Below are positions 33,101-49,503 of a stretch of 64,000 nucleotides of DNA, piece by piece. This DNA comes from the human T2T-CHM13v2.0 reference genome, Homo sapiens. The stretch is taken from assembly GCF_009914755.1 (NCBI RefSeq), contig NC_060938.1; one strand, 5' to 3'. Within the stretch, counting starts at the first letter, position 1. Every line of letters begins with the position of its first letter. The position numbers and the translations under genes were made by a program. The notes below the pieces were generated by a model, which did no database searches, was not told the DNA's origin, and worked only from the letters and a program-made list of their open reading frames with translations.

Positions 33101-33617
33101 TGGTGTCCTTAGAGGATCAGAGGCAGAAAGACCAGCTTCCAACAGGAAACCAAACTGTCCCCTCCCCATTACTGAGTGGCCTGGCCAAGGAAGGTCCTGG
33201 AGGCAGAAGCCTTCTCCTCACTCTGGCTGAGTCTTCTCAGAGTTGTGCCCAGCAAGGTGCATGCTGGCCTCAGGCCATCGAGTCCCAGCAGAAGAGCAAG
33301 TGACCCTAAGGTCTTTGGAGAGATAGGTGGGCAAGATGGAGCTGTGGCCAGTCCGCTGGGATACAGCTGTCCATTGGGTTTTGGGTGTTGAGGACTCATT
33401 GCCTTAGGGTGTCTGAGTGGCAGTGATTTGGCCATAGGGTAGGAACACTACAGAGGGCAATGGAACATGCACCCAGGGCCCTGTGGGGAAATCAATCCTG
33501 CTTTGATGGGGGACATGGAAGCACAGAGGACCTGTCATACATGGACACGCTGCCTGGGGGAGTACTTGGGAGCTGCGTTCCCACCTATTTCATTACCTGC
33601 TCACTTCACTTCCGTGA

Positions 33618-34110
<493 letters not shown>

Positions 34111-34218
34111 GACCATGCTTTTTTGATGACACCAAACAATGTTCAAGAATGGCTGACCAACAATGTCGACTGCTCCAGGCACTGTTAGAACTGAGCTGTC
34201 ACCTTCAAAAATGCTTCA

Positions 34219-34510
34219 GGCCATGCATGGTGGCTCATGCCTATAATCCCAGCACTTTGGGGGGCCTAGGAGGGAGGATTGCTTGAGCCCAGGAGTTCAA
34301 GACCAGCCTGGGCAACATAGAAAGACCTTGTCTCTACAAAAAAGTGAAAAAATTAGCCAGGCCTGTAGTCCCAGCTACTCAGGAGGCTGAGGTGGGAGGA
34401 TCACTTGAGGCCAGAAGGTTTAGTCTGCAGTGAGCTGTGATTGCACCACTGCACTCCAGCCCAGACGACAGAGCAAGACCTTGTCTCAAAAAACAAAACA
34501 AAATAAAAAA
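34219..34510 (+). mobile_element. AluJ with a small internal deletion
   Basis: TSD tcaaaaaKgcttc. Confidence 0.92.
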
Positions 34511-34573
34511 TCAAAAAGGCTTCTCACATCCCTGAGGACCTGGCAGAGGGGGAATCTTCTCAGAACCAAAGGG

Positions 34574-34642
34574 GTGTGTGTGTGTGTGTGTGTGTGTCTG
34601 TGTGTGTGTGTGTGTGTGTGTCTGTGTGTGTCTGTGTGGTGT
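34574..34642. repeat. Interrupted (TG)n microsatellite
   Basis: Visible. Confidence 0.95.
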
Positions 34643-36387
34643 GGGCAGGGAGTGTCCTTTCATACAATGAGCAAGCTGTTGCTGGACCAGGGATCCTTCC
34701 TTGGCTGGCGCCTCATGTGCCCAGGCGTGTCAACTAGGCCTGGCTTGGGGAGACCTTCTCAGGCAGCAGAAGAACAACAGCCTGAACAATAAGCCTGGCT
34801 TGAGGCCCTGGAGCCACTCAGCAGCCTCACATTCTCTGTCATTACTCTTTAATCCTCTCCACGCCTTGGGAGAGAAAGCAAGTCTGAGTCACCCGCTCAA
34901 TAGGTAAGAAAGCTGTGGCTTGAGAGGTTGTGACAGCTGCAACCACACTCACACACCAAAGCAGCAGAACCCAAACTGGGGCCATGGCCAGTCTGTGTCC
35001 AGGGGAGCCATCTGTGTGCCGTCCTCCCAAGCACAGCTGACACATCCTGAGCTCACCTCTTACTGCTGGGGCTGGTGGTTTTGCTGAAGTTGCTTGAGAC
35101 GAAAAGACTTGGAAGAGAAGGTCGTGCGTTTCTCCCCTTCCCCTCCACTCTGGGCAGGGCGCCCAGAACCAGATTCTGCTGAAGGACATCTCGAGTCACG
35201 GGAGCAGGGAAGGTAGAAGGCTAGGATTCCCACCCCGCCCCCACCAGGTTCCGAGGGGCTGAGCCGAGGCAAAGGAAGGGGACTCGGCAAGGCCAGGCCC
35301 AGGCTCCACACTCCATGGAGGGGCTTCTTGGGGCCCTGGCCCAGGCACATACATGCAGCTTGTGCTGCACGGAGCAGCCAGGGAGGAAGGGACAGGAAGC
35401 CCCTGGCCTGGGTCACAGAGCTGCCAAGTGGAGGAGCAGAAGGAGCCCCAGTCCCAGCACCCTCCTGTGTGGCTGGGGAGGGAACCCAGACCATCGCAGC
35501 CCTGATCTGTTCCCAGAGACAGAGGAAGGGAAGTGAGTGGGAAGAGCAGGCTTTCTGACCCAGCCCTATCCCAGGGCCTGGTGTCCCCGTGACTCTGCCT
35601 GCTTCCCCTGGGAGTTACCTTTGAACCCAGCTCTGACCCAGAGCCTGCCATTGAAGGCTCATCTTGGAGTAAGCCCAACCCATCTTCTCCAGTGAGGCTC
35701 CCTTCCCACATGCTCTGTTCCCACTCAGGGGTTATTTGTGTGTGGGGCGGGGGGATGTGTCAGATGCCCTTGAAGTTTTTGCAAAATACACATGCCTGGC
35801 TTTTCTGCCCCATCTCACCCCAGCTCGGCTAAGAACCATTGCTCTGGCAAATCAAACGTGCCCTGGACTGTCTGAGCCACTGCCTCTCCCCATCCCAGTC
35901 CTGGTCCTTATCCCTATCCTCATCTGTTCATCTTCCTGTCCGTCAAAGCCCAATTCAAATGCTACCTCCTTGATGAAGCCCTCCCTGGATCTCAGCCAGA
36001 TGAGATCTTAACAGCCTTGAATGCCCTTAACACTTTGAGTCTATCTCTTCTGCTAGAAAGGACTTCATCCTTTCACTTTTCAAGTGTTCTTTGAGTGCCA
36101 GTCACACACAGGTCCTCCAGTAGTTCATGGGGAATGGTGTGGGTAAACAAGGAAATGGCTTAATGACAATAGCTTGAGAAAAATAATAACATTCTGTGAA
36201 AATAGCAATACAAAGCTCCATGAGACATTCTGGCAAGAATGCTAGTAAAGCCAAATGTGTATATGCTTTATGACCAACGATTTCACATCTAGGTATACAT
36301 TACCTAGAGAAACTCACACATGTGCATAAGGAAACAGCTCCAAGGGTATCTAGGTCAGCAATGCTTGAAATGCAAAAAAGAGGTCTT

Positions 36388-36672
<285 letters not shown>

Positions 36673-36900
36673 TCAACCTCAATATCTGCAATAATAGAAT
36701 AATGAATAAAACTATGATACTGTGCAGCAGTTAAACTATGTGTAACTGGGGAGTTTTATTTTTTATAAATTATACCTTAGCAAAGTTGATATATGTGTAC
36801 ATACACATATGGATACATCCTGTATTAACATGAATAAATTTCAAAAACAATGTTGCAAAAAAAGGAAATTGCAAAATAATACCATTAAGTGAAACTTTAA

Positions 36901-37219
36901 TTTTCTTTTTCTTTTTCTTTTTTTTTTTGAGACAGGGTCTTGCTTTGTTGCCCAGGCTAGAGTGGAGTGGTGCGATCTTGACTCATTGCTGCCTTCACTT
37001 TTCAGGCTCAAGCGATCATTCCACCTCAGCCTCCTGAGTAGCTGGGACTACAGATGCACACCACCACACCCAGCTAATTTTTTTTTTTTTTGCATTTTTT
37101 GTAGAGATGGGGTTTTGCTATGTTTCCCAACCTGGTCACAAATTCCTGGGCTCAAGTGATCCACCCATGTGGGCCTCCAAACGTGCTGGGATTACAGGTG
37201 TGAGCTACTGTGCCTGGCT
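36901..37219 (-). mobile_element. AluJ
   Basis: Full antisense Alu. Confidence 0.93.
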
Positions 37220-37949
37220 GAAAATTTAATTTTCGCAAAAAACACAAAACTGTACTAGCTATGATTTATGGATTTACTAATTTCTGTTGCAATGCCTACC
37301 AAGATCATGTGTGTAGTGCCTTGGAGAGAGTAGGAGCTGAGACTGAAAGGGGAAAAGGAAGGACTTCTAACTTGTCAGTAACACTTCATTTAACAAAGAA
37401 CAGCTGAAGCAAAAATGACGGAATGTTTACATTTGTTAATTCAGTTGGTTTAAATGAATTGTTCAAAGTTGAAGAAAAGTAATCTGAGATGTCTATGGAA
37501 AGGTGCTGACATCTCCCTGGGGAGTCAGGAAAGGGTTCAAGAGGAGGTGACAGCTGGGTGTGAAGGACTCAGGGAACTGGCAGGTTTCACTGGGGTGGGG
37601 GAGTTGGGAAAAGCAGCCGTGGGTGCTTAAAGCCAGGGAATACCTGTGCCGGCTCTTTGCACGTCTGAAATGTTTGTTGACTGACTTTGTATCAAGCTGT
37701 CCCTCTGCTGCCCTCTCATCCCCTTCTCTGATTTCAGCTGTTCTATTTCTGAGTTGTGTACATAGTAAATAGGGTCCTGGGGGGAAAATCATGTGTCATT
37801 TTATGATTTTTTAGAGATGAGATAATCTAATAGGGGTTAGGAGAGGATTAGAGGCAAATATACAAAATTGAACATTAAAATGGGGAAATAGTCACTGATA
37901 CAGAGAAAATAGAATTATGATTATTATTATTACTATTATTGGTACTGTG

Positions 37950-38960
37950 TTTGGCCATATGTAAATCCAGTTGAAAACTAGCTGAAACTGATGATTTTTT
38001 GGGAAAATGTAAATCATCAGTTTGACATCAGGAGAGGTAGAAAGTCCCAACAGACCAATAATCACTGAAGAAACTGAGTTTTCATAAAATTCTCCTCCAA
38101 AAAAACTAAGGTTCAGATCACTTCTAGTTTCTATCAAACCTCCAAGGCACAGATAATGCCAATGTTATTTAAACTGCACCAACTACACCAAATCACAGAG
38201 AAAGAGAGATTCTAAATTATTCTATGAAGCACGAACAACATGGATACCAAACCTTGACAAAGATAGCACAAAAAGAGAAAAATAACTAAAAAATCTTATG
38301 AATAGTGGTGCAAAATTCATAAATAGCAATAAATGGACTCACAGCATTATGTTACAAAAATGAACATACCACAAGCAAGTGGGGCTGTATTCCAGAAATA
38401 TAAATTCCATAGTAGAAAAACTATTAATGTAATTGAACAAACTAATAGCTCAAAAGAAATAAAAAATCATACAAGGAACTTCATAAGTGCTAAAAATGTC
38501 TAAAATGCATTTGATAAAATTCAACATGTCTCTGATTTTAACTCTTACTTCATAGGAATAGATGGATATTGCTTAACATGATTTTGTGTATGCCTATGTG
38601 TGCTTGTGTGTGTATTCAGACATAAACACACACAAGGAAAGAATGATCATGACTGTAATTCTTTAATACCACTCTAGAGGTACAAGCCAACACAAATTTT
38701 GGAAATGTAAGTTATAAAAGTGCTAAATTTATCAAAATTGTAGACGGTAAGATTGCCAACCTGGAGAAAAAAGAACAAGATTGTCAACTGAAAAAAAATT
38801 AGAAATAATAAAAGAATATACCAACATGATTGGTAATAACTATTAGAAGCAAAAATATATAGCTTGTTTGTATATAAACAGACTTTAACCTTTTAAATAT
38901 AATGGAAGAAATTGAAAATATCAGTAAAAGGGCTAAAATAACCAGTACTAAGTCTAACCA
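37950..38960 (+). mobile_element. Old L1 ORF2 remnants
   Basis: A-rich; ttctatgaagc...ataccaaaccttgacaaagatagcac and gcatttgataaaattcaac are L1 RT-region motifs. Confidence 0.7.
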
Positions 38961-39177
38961 GAGGTGGCAGGAGCAGCTCTTAAGACTACTTCATTCTTGA
39001 TTCCCTGGCACTTGGAATAGGGCCTGACACATAGTAGTAGATATTTGTCAAATGATGGAACGGCTTCACAGACTGATAAACAAAGCACACCTAATATGCA
39101 ATAATAATAGTAGTAAACACCACCATATAGTAGTTCCTCTGTGTGGCCACTGTCCTATTCTTTACCTGTAGCCTAAG

Positions 39178-40028
<851 letters not shown>

Positions 40029-40414
40029 TCTTTCTACACCCTTTACCTGTAATAACTCATTTAATCCTCACAATAACTCCATGCAGATGGCGTTACTGTT
40101 ACCTCCATTTTTAGATGAGGAACCTGAGGCACAGAAAGGGTAGGCAACTTATCCTAGGTCCAGTAGAGTGGAAATTTGAACCAAGCACTTCACTCTGAGT
40201 TTATGCTCTTTGTATCCATCCTCCTACATAGTCAAATCGGAATTTTGAATTTAGAGGGAGGATTGTTGGGTAGGGGAGCAGGAAATGGATTATTCAAACA
40301 TGACTTTAGGACAACTGTGTAGCCCTTTGAAAAAAATAATAAAGTTGGGCCCTACCACAATCCCTACATCAAAATAAATTCTAGAGGGGGCAAAGATATT
40401 TTAAAAAGAAAGAA

Positions 40415-40712
40415 GAAAGCCAGGGGTGGTGGTGCGTGCCTGTAGTTGCAGCTACTCGGGAGGCTGAGGCAGGAGAGTCACTTGAGCCCAGGAGTTCAAG
40501 GCTGCAGTGAGCTATGATTGTGTCACATAAGTACTCCAGCCTGGGCAACAGAGTGAGACCCTGCTTCAAGAAAGAATAAGACAAAGACGAAGGAGGAGGA
40601 GGAGGAAGAGGAAGAAGAAAAAGAAGAAGAGGAAGAAGAAGAAGAGGAGGAGGAGGAAGGAGAAGAAGAACAACAACAACAGGAGAAAGGAGAAGAAGAA
40701 AAGGAGGAAGAA
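40415..40712 (+). mobile_element. Alu right monomer (FRAM-like) with a (GAA/GAG)n expanded tail
   Basis: Single arm 40415-40568; purine triplet tract 40570-40712. Confidence 0.85.
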
Positions 40713-41216
40713 ACCTTTAAGAATACAAGTTGAAAATATGGGCAAATACTTTCATGATTCTCAAATGGGAAAGGCTTTTTAAGCAAGTCCAAAGGATGCC
40801 ATAAATAAACTCAAAAAGAGATGAATGACAATTTGCAATACACATGACAAGAAGTAAGTTGCCTTAATTTAGAAAAACTTCTTTAAAAATCAATAAGAAA
40901 TTAGAAAGGATGGACACAGACAAGTCACAGAAAAATAAGTGCAAAGGCCATTCAGTCAATAAACATGAAAATACGTCTGTCTTTTTTGACAACCGAATTA
41001 CAAATTGAAACAAGATACCATTTTTAAACTCACTGTAAAAATCCAACAATCTGATAATGCACACTTGTGAGGGTATGAGTTGCTGGGGCAGAGCAAACTG
41101 GTTCACCCTCATTGGAGGACAATTTGGCAAAATGTTAGGTTCACATAAGTTTTGACCCAGGGATATCCTCTAGCTGGCCTCATATATGTGCACAAAGATA
41201 TAAAGTCAAAGATGTA

Positions 41217-41820
<604 letters not shown>

Positions 41821-42126
41821 AAACAAAGATATTCATTACAGAGTATGATGCTGTCTCAAAACAAACAAACAAGAAAAAACAAAGATGTTGATTACAGCTT
41901 TGCTTGTGCAGCAAAAAATGTAGAAATAACCTAAATATCAATCAACAAGGACAGATTCACAGAAAGTGTAGTGCATCGGTTCAGTGGAACACTATGAGCT
42001 ATGAAAAGAATGGAGGGATCTGTCTGTGCTGGTATGCAGAGATGTGTGATGTATGTTAATTAGCAAAGCAAATATAAGTACTGGGAATATGTTCCTGGTT
42101 GGGTTTAAAATAAAGATGCAGGCATA

Positions 42127-42127
42127 G

Positions 42128-42176
<49 letters not shown>
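42127..42176. repeat. (TA)n(TG)n microsatellite
   Basis: Visible. Confidence 0.97.
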
Positions 42177-42179
<3 letters not shown>

Positions 42180-42277
42180 TCATATTTCTGAAAAAAATTC
42201 TCGAGGAAAATTTAGGAAATGATACTTATGTTGGAGAGTGGGGCATAGATCTGAGATGGCAGGGACATCCATGCCAT

Positions 42278-42287
42278 ATTTCTTTTT

Positions 42288-42327
<40 letters not shown>

Positions 42328-42672
42328 TTTCTTTCTTTCTTTCTTTCTGTCTTTCTTTCTGTCTTTCTTTCTTCCTTTTTTTGGAGACAGGGTCTTGCTC
42401 TGTCACACACGCTGGAGCGCAGTGGCACTATCATGACTCACTGAAGCCTCAACCTGCTGGGTTTAAGTAATTCTCCCACCTCAGCTTCCCGAGTAGCTGG
42501 GACTACAGGCGGACACCACCACATCCAGCTAATTTTTTTTTTTTGTACTTTTTGTGGAACCGGGTTTTTGCCATGTTGCCGAAGCTGGTCTCTAACTTGT
42601 GGGCTCAAGTGAACCTCCCACCTCGGCCTCCCAAAGTGCTAGGATTACAGGTGTGAGCCACCATGCCTAGCG
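42278..42672 (-). mobile_element. AluJ with (CTTT)n tail
   Basis: Antisense Alu. Confidence 0.93.
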
Positions 42673-42762
42673 TGGATTTCGTTTTCATTGTGTATTATTT
42701 TGAATGGTTTGATTTTTTTCCCCCTAAGCATGTTATTTTCAGAATTTAAAGAGCATATTTAA

Positions 42763-42897
42763 AGCTGGGCATGGTTGCATGTGCCTGTAATCTTAACTAT
42801 CTAGGAGGCGGAGGCGAGAGGATCAATTGAGCCCAGGCATTGGAGACCAGTCTTGGCAACATAGTGAGACCCCATCTCAAAAAAACAAAACAAACAA
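42763..42897 (+). mobile_element. FLAM monomer
   Basis: Single left-type monomer with A tail; TSD atatttaa. Confidence 0.85.
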
Positions 42898-43244
42898 GAA
42901 TATTTAAGAAGAAACAAATTATAAAGGGGAGAATACCAGTTAAAATGCCTCACCCTGAACTTTGTTTTTAAATTCGTTTCTCAGTGGGTTCACCTCTCCT
43001 TGCATTCACAATTTCAGATGTGGGCGGGCCCAAGAGTTCACCGCCAATCTTTATTTTATCCATGAGGAAAATGAGAGCTAGAGAGGATTGAGCAAGCTGC
43101 CGGGGCTCCCTGGCTAGCTGGCTGCAGAGACTGGGCTCCTGTGATGCTGCTTTCAGGAAAGGGACCGATGATCCCTTTATGTGGATTATAAAATCATCCT
43201 TGGACTTTTCTGCCCTTTCCCAGTGTGTCATCTACTGAGTCTTA

Positions 43245-43400
43245 CTTCATGGGCACCCATGTGGGGAACTTGTTAAAATGCAGGTTCCCAAACACCCTCC
43301 TGGAGATTCAAGTTCAGTGGGTCAAGGTAGCGCCCTTCCACCTGCATTTTAGCAAACCCTCCCCTCCTCCTGCAGATGATTCTGAAGTGGGTGATGTGTA
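43245..43400. mobile_element. MER5-type hAT-Charlie fragment
   Basis: cttgttaaaatgcag...ctgcattttagcaa...gatgattctga. Confidence 0.65.
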
Positions 43401-46400
43401 TGACCCCTTTGACCTCCCCCAGCTCAACCCTGCTGGCATTGTCTGTGCATCTAGGCTGAACACCCCCACAGCAGCAAGGGAAGGTGGGGTGCTCCAGCTC
43501 AGCAGGGGAAGTGACAGAGCTGGTGCCTGGACTCCCAGTGCCGTGCTGTCTCCATGGCCCGCTCCCCACAGCTGCTGCTCAGCTGGGTTGAATGGTAGCT
43601 CCCAGCTCACCTACCTCAGGGGTGGGCACTGGCTGGCCTGGATTTGGAGCTGGGGCAGGCTGGGGGTCATGGATGCTTCCGGAGTACCCCTCACCCCATC
43701 ACAGCTCCCCAAGGCAGGCCTTGTGGTAGATACTGACAAGCACGTTGGAGTTGGGAGGGGCTTGGCCAGCCTGGGCTTGGGAAGGAGCTGCAAGGAGGCC
43801 AGGGAGGACTGGGATGCATGCCCGCCTGCACTGAGAGGGTTCTGTTGTCCCTGTGCCATAGAGCCTTGGAGGAGCCTCCCTCGGGGTCAGGAATCGAGCG
43901 GGGACACCGCTGGGCCACTCAGAAGGACCGTTTCCTGGGGACTGATCAAGAGGAGGGAAGGTCCTATTACAGCCCAGAGGCCACGTGGGGCCTGAGCCCC
44001 AAACCTCAGCTGCTGTTCCAGGTAGGTGCCCCGGCATCATCCCATCACCCATCAGGGCTAAGCCCTAGTGCCAGCTCCCCACTTTGAGCCTGGGAAATGT
44101 GGCCATCCTGGCCGCCCATGGCCTGCAGCTCTCTAGCCAGCACTTGGGCAAAGACCCTCCCTAAGCCCTCCCAAACCCACAACCTGCCAGGAAAGGGGCA
44201 GAACGGCCTAACCCCATTCCGAAGGGCGCTGTCCCAGGTGACCCTGCCCATGAGGCCTGGGAAGGGGCAGAAGATGCTCTGGTTTTGGTTAGTATGTCCT
44301 CTGTCCCCTGGAAATTCCCCCGGGGCTGAGCTGCTAGCTGGGCCTCCTGGTGGTTCTTTGCCCAGCTGACTCTGGTTTGGGGCAAGCCTAGAATCCGGCC
44401 AGATGTGGCTCTTCCAAGAGTTCCCTAACTCTTGACACTTTATCCTCTAGGAAAGGATTAAGACAGATGGTATCTTCATAGACTGCTAGAGCTAGGGATC
44501 TTAGAGGCAGAATCCAACCGCAATCTCTTTTTACTTCTCAAGTATTACTTGTATCAATAGTGTAGTTTCCAATGTTGTGGTTGAACATCTCAGAGGAATC
44601 AGGTGTAATCTTGTCAAAACAGCGCGGGAAGCCCTTTGGCTTCAGACAGCCCTTCCTGGGCTCAGTGGCCTCCCCTTGCCCCTCAGCCCAGCCTGTGCCC
44701 CACGCTCCTCTTCCTCTCCTTCCACCTTCCCAGTTACCTCCAGCAACTCCTCCCCACTTTGCAAAAGGAACATTGACAGTGACTGGACATCCCAAGCTAG
44801 AAGGTATTGAAGCTAGGTTAGCATCTAAGTGAGGCTTTCTTCCCTATTTAAGTAAGTAAATACATTAATAAATAAATCTTTGAGGAAGGATTAGAGAGTC
44901 CAGGAAGCTTTCCAGAGGAAGCTCTAACTGTGTTAAGATTTCTCTATTTGAGAGTGTCTCAAATCTCTCTTACATGAAAGAAGATACTATCCTGCATGGG
45001 GTGTTGGCCAAGAGCATCGTGATTGTTGCTGTTACTGATAAAAATAATCTTAGATATGGTTCTTTATGTCCCCTTTATAATTTCCTGGTCCTTTCTTGGG
45101 AGAGCCCTCCAGGGCAGGGAGCCTTAGCCACAGGCAGTGTTTCACTTCTGTTCCTCTGGCCATTCCCAGGGCCCCAGCCCTACGCCAGACTCTTGTTCAA
45201 GATTATTAGAAGAGGCAGCAGTGGAGCCAGATGGGTTCACAACCCAGCTCAACCACCTACTGGCCTTGTTATCTCTATGAACTTCTGTCTCTTCATCTGT
45301 AAAATGGGGTTAACAATAGTACCCTAGGGTGAAGATTAACTACGGTAATATCTGTAAAGTACTTGAAACAACATCTAGCACCCAGTAAGTGCTTAACACA
45401 TTAGATCCGATCACTGCAAAAGTCTGTTCTCTCCCAGCCATAGTCTGCTGCCTGATCAACCTCCCTAAGACACAGTGCAGTCATCCAATTCCCTGGCTCT
45501 ACAACCAACCATGACTCCCCATTGTCTAGTTAATGACTGTGCCCTAACTTCACTTTAAGGGCTTGAAGGCAGAGAAGAATATCATTTGCCTTGCATGTAG
45601 TAAGGAATCAGTAATGTTTGTTGGGAGAGGGTTTCCGCTCTCAGAGTGGGTGAACTGAGTCCCTAAGGAATGGAAGTGCAGTCACCTACAGCCCACATCT
45701 GGGGGTTTGATCCAAGCTCTTCTGCCTCCCCAGCCATAGCCTGGCCAGGAGCGGACCTGGATCTGGGGCCCTGCATCCGCACACAAGGCTAGGGTTGGTT
45801 TCCCTTGGATCCACTGGGCCTGCAAATGCAGTGAGCCCTATTTTGAGCTCCAGCCTTGGTCCACATCAGAGTCAAGAGAGGACACTTGGCCATTGCCCAG
45901 ACAGGCAGTGACCGCAGTTATAATGTGTACTCTGATGAGTTCAGGCCAGGCAGCAGACGTGACGTCATGGACCTCATTCATCATGGGGCTGTGGCCAAAA
46001 CCTTGGCTCCCATGGCTCAGGTGGGAAGCCTGAGGCCAGCAGAGACTACCCATGATCTGGCATCTTGGGACAGAGAACTCAGCTAGCTCCATCCTGCATC
46101 TCAGCCCCTCTGGCGGAAGAGAGGCCACACACTGTGGAGGAACAAGCCCTGGGCTGGGGCAGGACAGAACAGCATTTGAGACCAGCCTCCTTATCTGGTG
46201 GAGAGACCTTGGCCACATCAATGAACTTCTGTATTTTCCCGTCTGTGAAATGCGGAGGATAACACCTGCTTCGTAGAGTCAGGGTGAGGGCAAAATGGAG
46301 CAAAATGCCCAGAGCCACTGCACGCATGGAGAGGGCACTTGGGAATTTGCCGCGATTCTGATCAGACCATCAAAGTTGTTCTCCAGGCTGCCAAGTGGAG

Positions 46401-46719
46401 CTGTTTCAGTCCTGCAAACTTCTAGCTTTCCTTAGGTGGGGAAATTGTCCTCGCCTGGCCTCCGCTCTGAGATACAGGAAAATAGTGGTGGTTTTTGGCA
46501 GGAGCAGGAAACAGTTCAAATGTTTCCTGGCAAGGATGGGAAGTGCAGGAGGGAAGCAGCGCAGCTCTGCTTGGTTTTCTCAGAGATTTTTCCACTTGGA
46601 GGCTCGGTGCTGCCAAGCCCAGGAAGCCAGCAGTAAAGGGACAGGGAGGGGGCAAACCAGAGCATGCTGGTTCCCGCAAGGTGGTATTTTTCTCTTTATC
46701 CACTTGAAGAATGAATGAA

Positions 46720-46980
46720 TCTGTTGAGATTCCAGACACTGGACTAGGCAGCAGCAAGTAAAACAAACATGACCCTGCTCTCAGGGGGCTTTCATTCAAA
46801 TGGGGCAGATAATGAACAGCATATTATGGATGATGTATGTTAGAAGGAGATAAATGCAATGGGGGAAATAAAAAACACAGAGAAAGAAAGGGAGGGCAAT
46901 CAGGGGTGCCGGAGGAGCTGTGTTATTAAGAAGAATGGTCAGGACAGACCTCACTGGAAAGGCAACATTTGAGACACACA
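46720..46980 (-). mobile_element. L2 fragment
   Basis: ccctgctctcagggggctttcattc...ggtcaggacagacctcactggaaaggcaacatttgag. Confidence 0.6.
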
Positions 46981-49317
46981 GATTGTTTGCTCCCCTTGGG
47001 GATTCCTGAGAGGCCCGGGGGCTCAGAATCAAGGCCAAATGCCTTTCATGAGATTCTAGGATAGGAGCAAAATCTAGAAGCTCTTCTAGTCCCAGCCCAG
47101 ATAATGCCATGCCCTTCCTCCAAGACCTTCAATAGCTCCGCACTGCCTACACAGTCAAGTGCAAATCATTCAGCCGAGATTCAGGGCCTCATGATCTGGT
47201 CCCAACTTGCCTGTTATCTCACCAGACCCTTCTCATCCCACCTCTTCAGCCAAGCTAGTCTGCCTGCCATTTCCAGAACAGTCCACTCTCTGTTTCCCTC
47301 TTCCTCTCATTTGTCCCTCTGCCTGGACTATCCTTGTTCCCACTGGTTTCTGTCAGTATGGAAATCTCGCCCAGTCTCCAAATGCCACCTCTCCGAGGCC
47401 TTCCTTGACCCCCCGGGCTGTGGTCTCTGAGCCCCACAGCTTGGCTTGTTCCCTTCTCAGTGTGCGGCTCTTACTCTGCCTTGGGTGTAGGCACCGGTTT
47501 TCCTGTCTTGTGTCTCCACCTGGCTGGAAGTGCTCCGGGCAGGGCCTGGACTCCTTCACCTCCAGCAGGTGTGGGACTCAGCGAACACTGGCTGAATTGT
47601 GTCCCTGCTCAAAGGCTCCCAGCAACACTGTGATGAGCCGGGCCCACTCAGACAACGAAGGCAGAAGTGGAGGCGGGCAAGAAAGGAGGGGAAACTAAAA
47701 TGTAGGTGAGAGATGAGAGAGGAGCCGGTGAAGGACGAGGAGAGAGAAATCCCCACCATCCTTTTTCCAGAGAAGCAGATTGTCGCAGACAGAAGGAGGG
47801 ATCCCTCTCTTCCCCCAGAAATAGCTAGTACTCCCTTCAGTCTCCCAGGCCAGTGCCTCCTTGTGTCTAACTGAAATACCTCTTGCTGCAGCTGTAGTTC
47901 ACTTTCTCTTTTTCCATCATCTGGCTTCAGGTCTCCATTCAAGTCCTCATTCAGCCTGGATCAGTGTGGCTTTCCTGATCCCCTACCCAAGGGGCAGGAG
48001 CAAGTTCAGAGGAGGCTGGCTCCTGCCCTGGAGTTTGTGCTCTAGTTGAGGAGGCTCTGATGATCCCCAGAGCCACATGGAGACTGCCAGGGAGCTAAGA
48101 TGTGGATCCACCACGAGTCATGGAGGTTGTGCCAGCCACCACCCCTCAGCCCCTCGGCACAGCCTCCCTGCAGGGCTAACCTTCATCACAAGCAAACCTG
48201 TGAATAGAGAGCTCCCACTATGGTAGCAGGGATTCTCAGGTCCCTCATGCCCCCCAGGCCCTGTGAGGCCCTGTGAGCCAGACCCACAGCCTCTGCCATC
48301 TGCCTCCCACCCATCACTGGACCAGCTGTGCTCAGAGAGCACACGAGGCAGCCAACGTGGCTCTGGCCCTATTTAGACAGATGGCGCCAGAGCCCAGAAA
48401 TAGGCTTCAACCTGGCCCCCATCCTGGCTCTGCTGCCCCTGAGGGGTGGTGCATTTCCATCCAGGGGACCTGAACTAGGCTCACATCTTGTCCTGCCCCC
48501 GCTCCCCATCTGCCTCTCGGCTTTTATGCATGCCCAGGTCTCCTCCCGGAATGTTCTGCCCTGTCCTCCACATGGTAGGAGGCCCATGTGTCCTCAGGCT
48601 AGAAATGTGATGCCTTGAGGCCAACTGGCTAGGCTCAAATCTCACTCAAGGACAATAGTTGCCCTCTTGGTGGTGATGTGAGGACACAGGTGCTCTCGTG
48701 CTTCCAGAGTCTTAGCACAGCAGCTGGCAGGTAATAAGTGCTCAGTTAAAGTGATCTAGTGCTGTTTGTCTTTTTTTTTTTTTTTTTTGGTAACAGTTTA
48801 ATAAAGTGTTCATAAAATGTTCCCAATAGGCTGGCTAAGAGCAAGGTAGCAGATAGAAAACCAAGTGGGAAACGTTTTGTGGCCACACCCACAGCAAAAG
48901 AGAAGCTATCCATCTTCTAAGAGTTGCCTTGGCTGGCACCTCCTCCAGGCAGCCTTTGTGGATTCTCCAGGACTGAGGCAGGAGCTCCTCCTCTGTGCTC
49001 CCAGTACTCCTTGAACAGAGCTCCAGAGTGCAGCTATGCGGTCTTGTTATGGTCTTCTTAGGGGTCTGTGTACCCACTAGAGCCTTGTGTCTTGCCTGTA
49101 GGCACCTTGAGTTCAGGGAACAGAGTCTGGACTGTAATTTGCTGAATAAATTATTTTGTGAATGACAGGTGGGAGAGACAGTGAGACGGAAAGAATCAGC
49201 TTGAGGCTGCCTTTTCCAGGGCCTATCCTGAAAACACGAGGCTGCCCACACCAAAGTCTGGGGGTCAGATGAGGGAGCTGAAAGAGGAGCCTCCCTCTCC
49301 TGTTCTATGGTCTAGGA

Positions 49318-49503
49318 TAGTGATTCTCAGTGTGAGGTCCCTGGCCCAGCGGCATCAGCATCCTTCAGGGACTTGTTGGAGACAGAGATTCTCAGGCGCT
49401 ACCCAAGACCTGTTGTGGCAGAAACCCTGGGGCAGGGCCCAGCGATCTGTGATGTAACAAGCCCTGCTGCTGATTGTGACCCACCAAAGTGTGAGACCCA
49501 TTG
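49318..49503. mobile_element. MER5A
   Basis: tagtgattctcagtgtgaggtccctggcccagcggcatcagcatc...caaagtgtgagacccattg. Confidence 0.75.

Noticed and set aside
43225-43995. 256-aa plus-strand ORF (and overlapping 89-aa ORF crossing a good donor, ttccag|gtaggt, near 44021)
   Set aside because: Begins in a MER5 remnant, resembles no protein I know, and has the composition of a chance GC-rich ORF; a cryptic exon cannot be excluded but is unsupported
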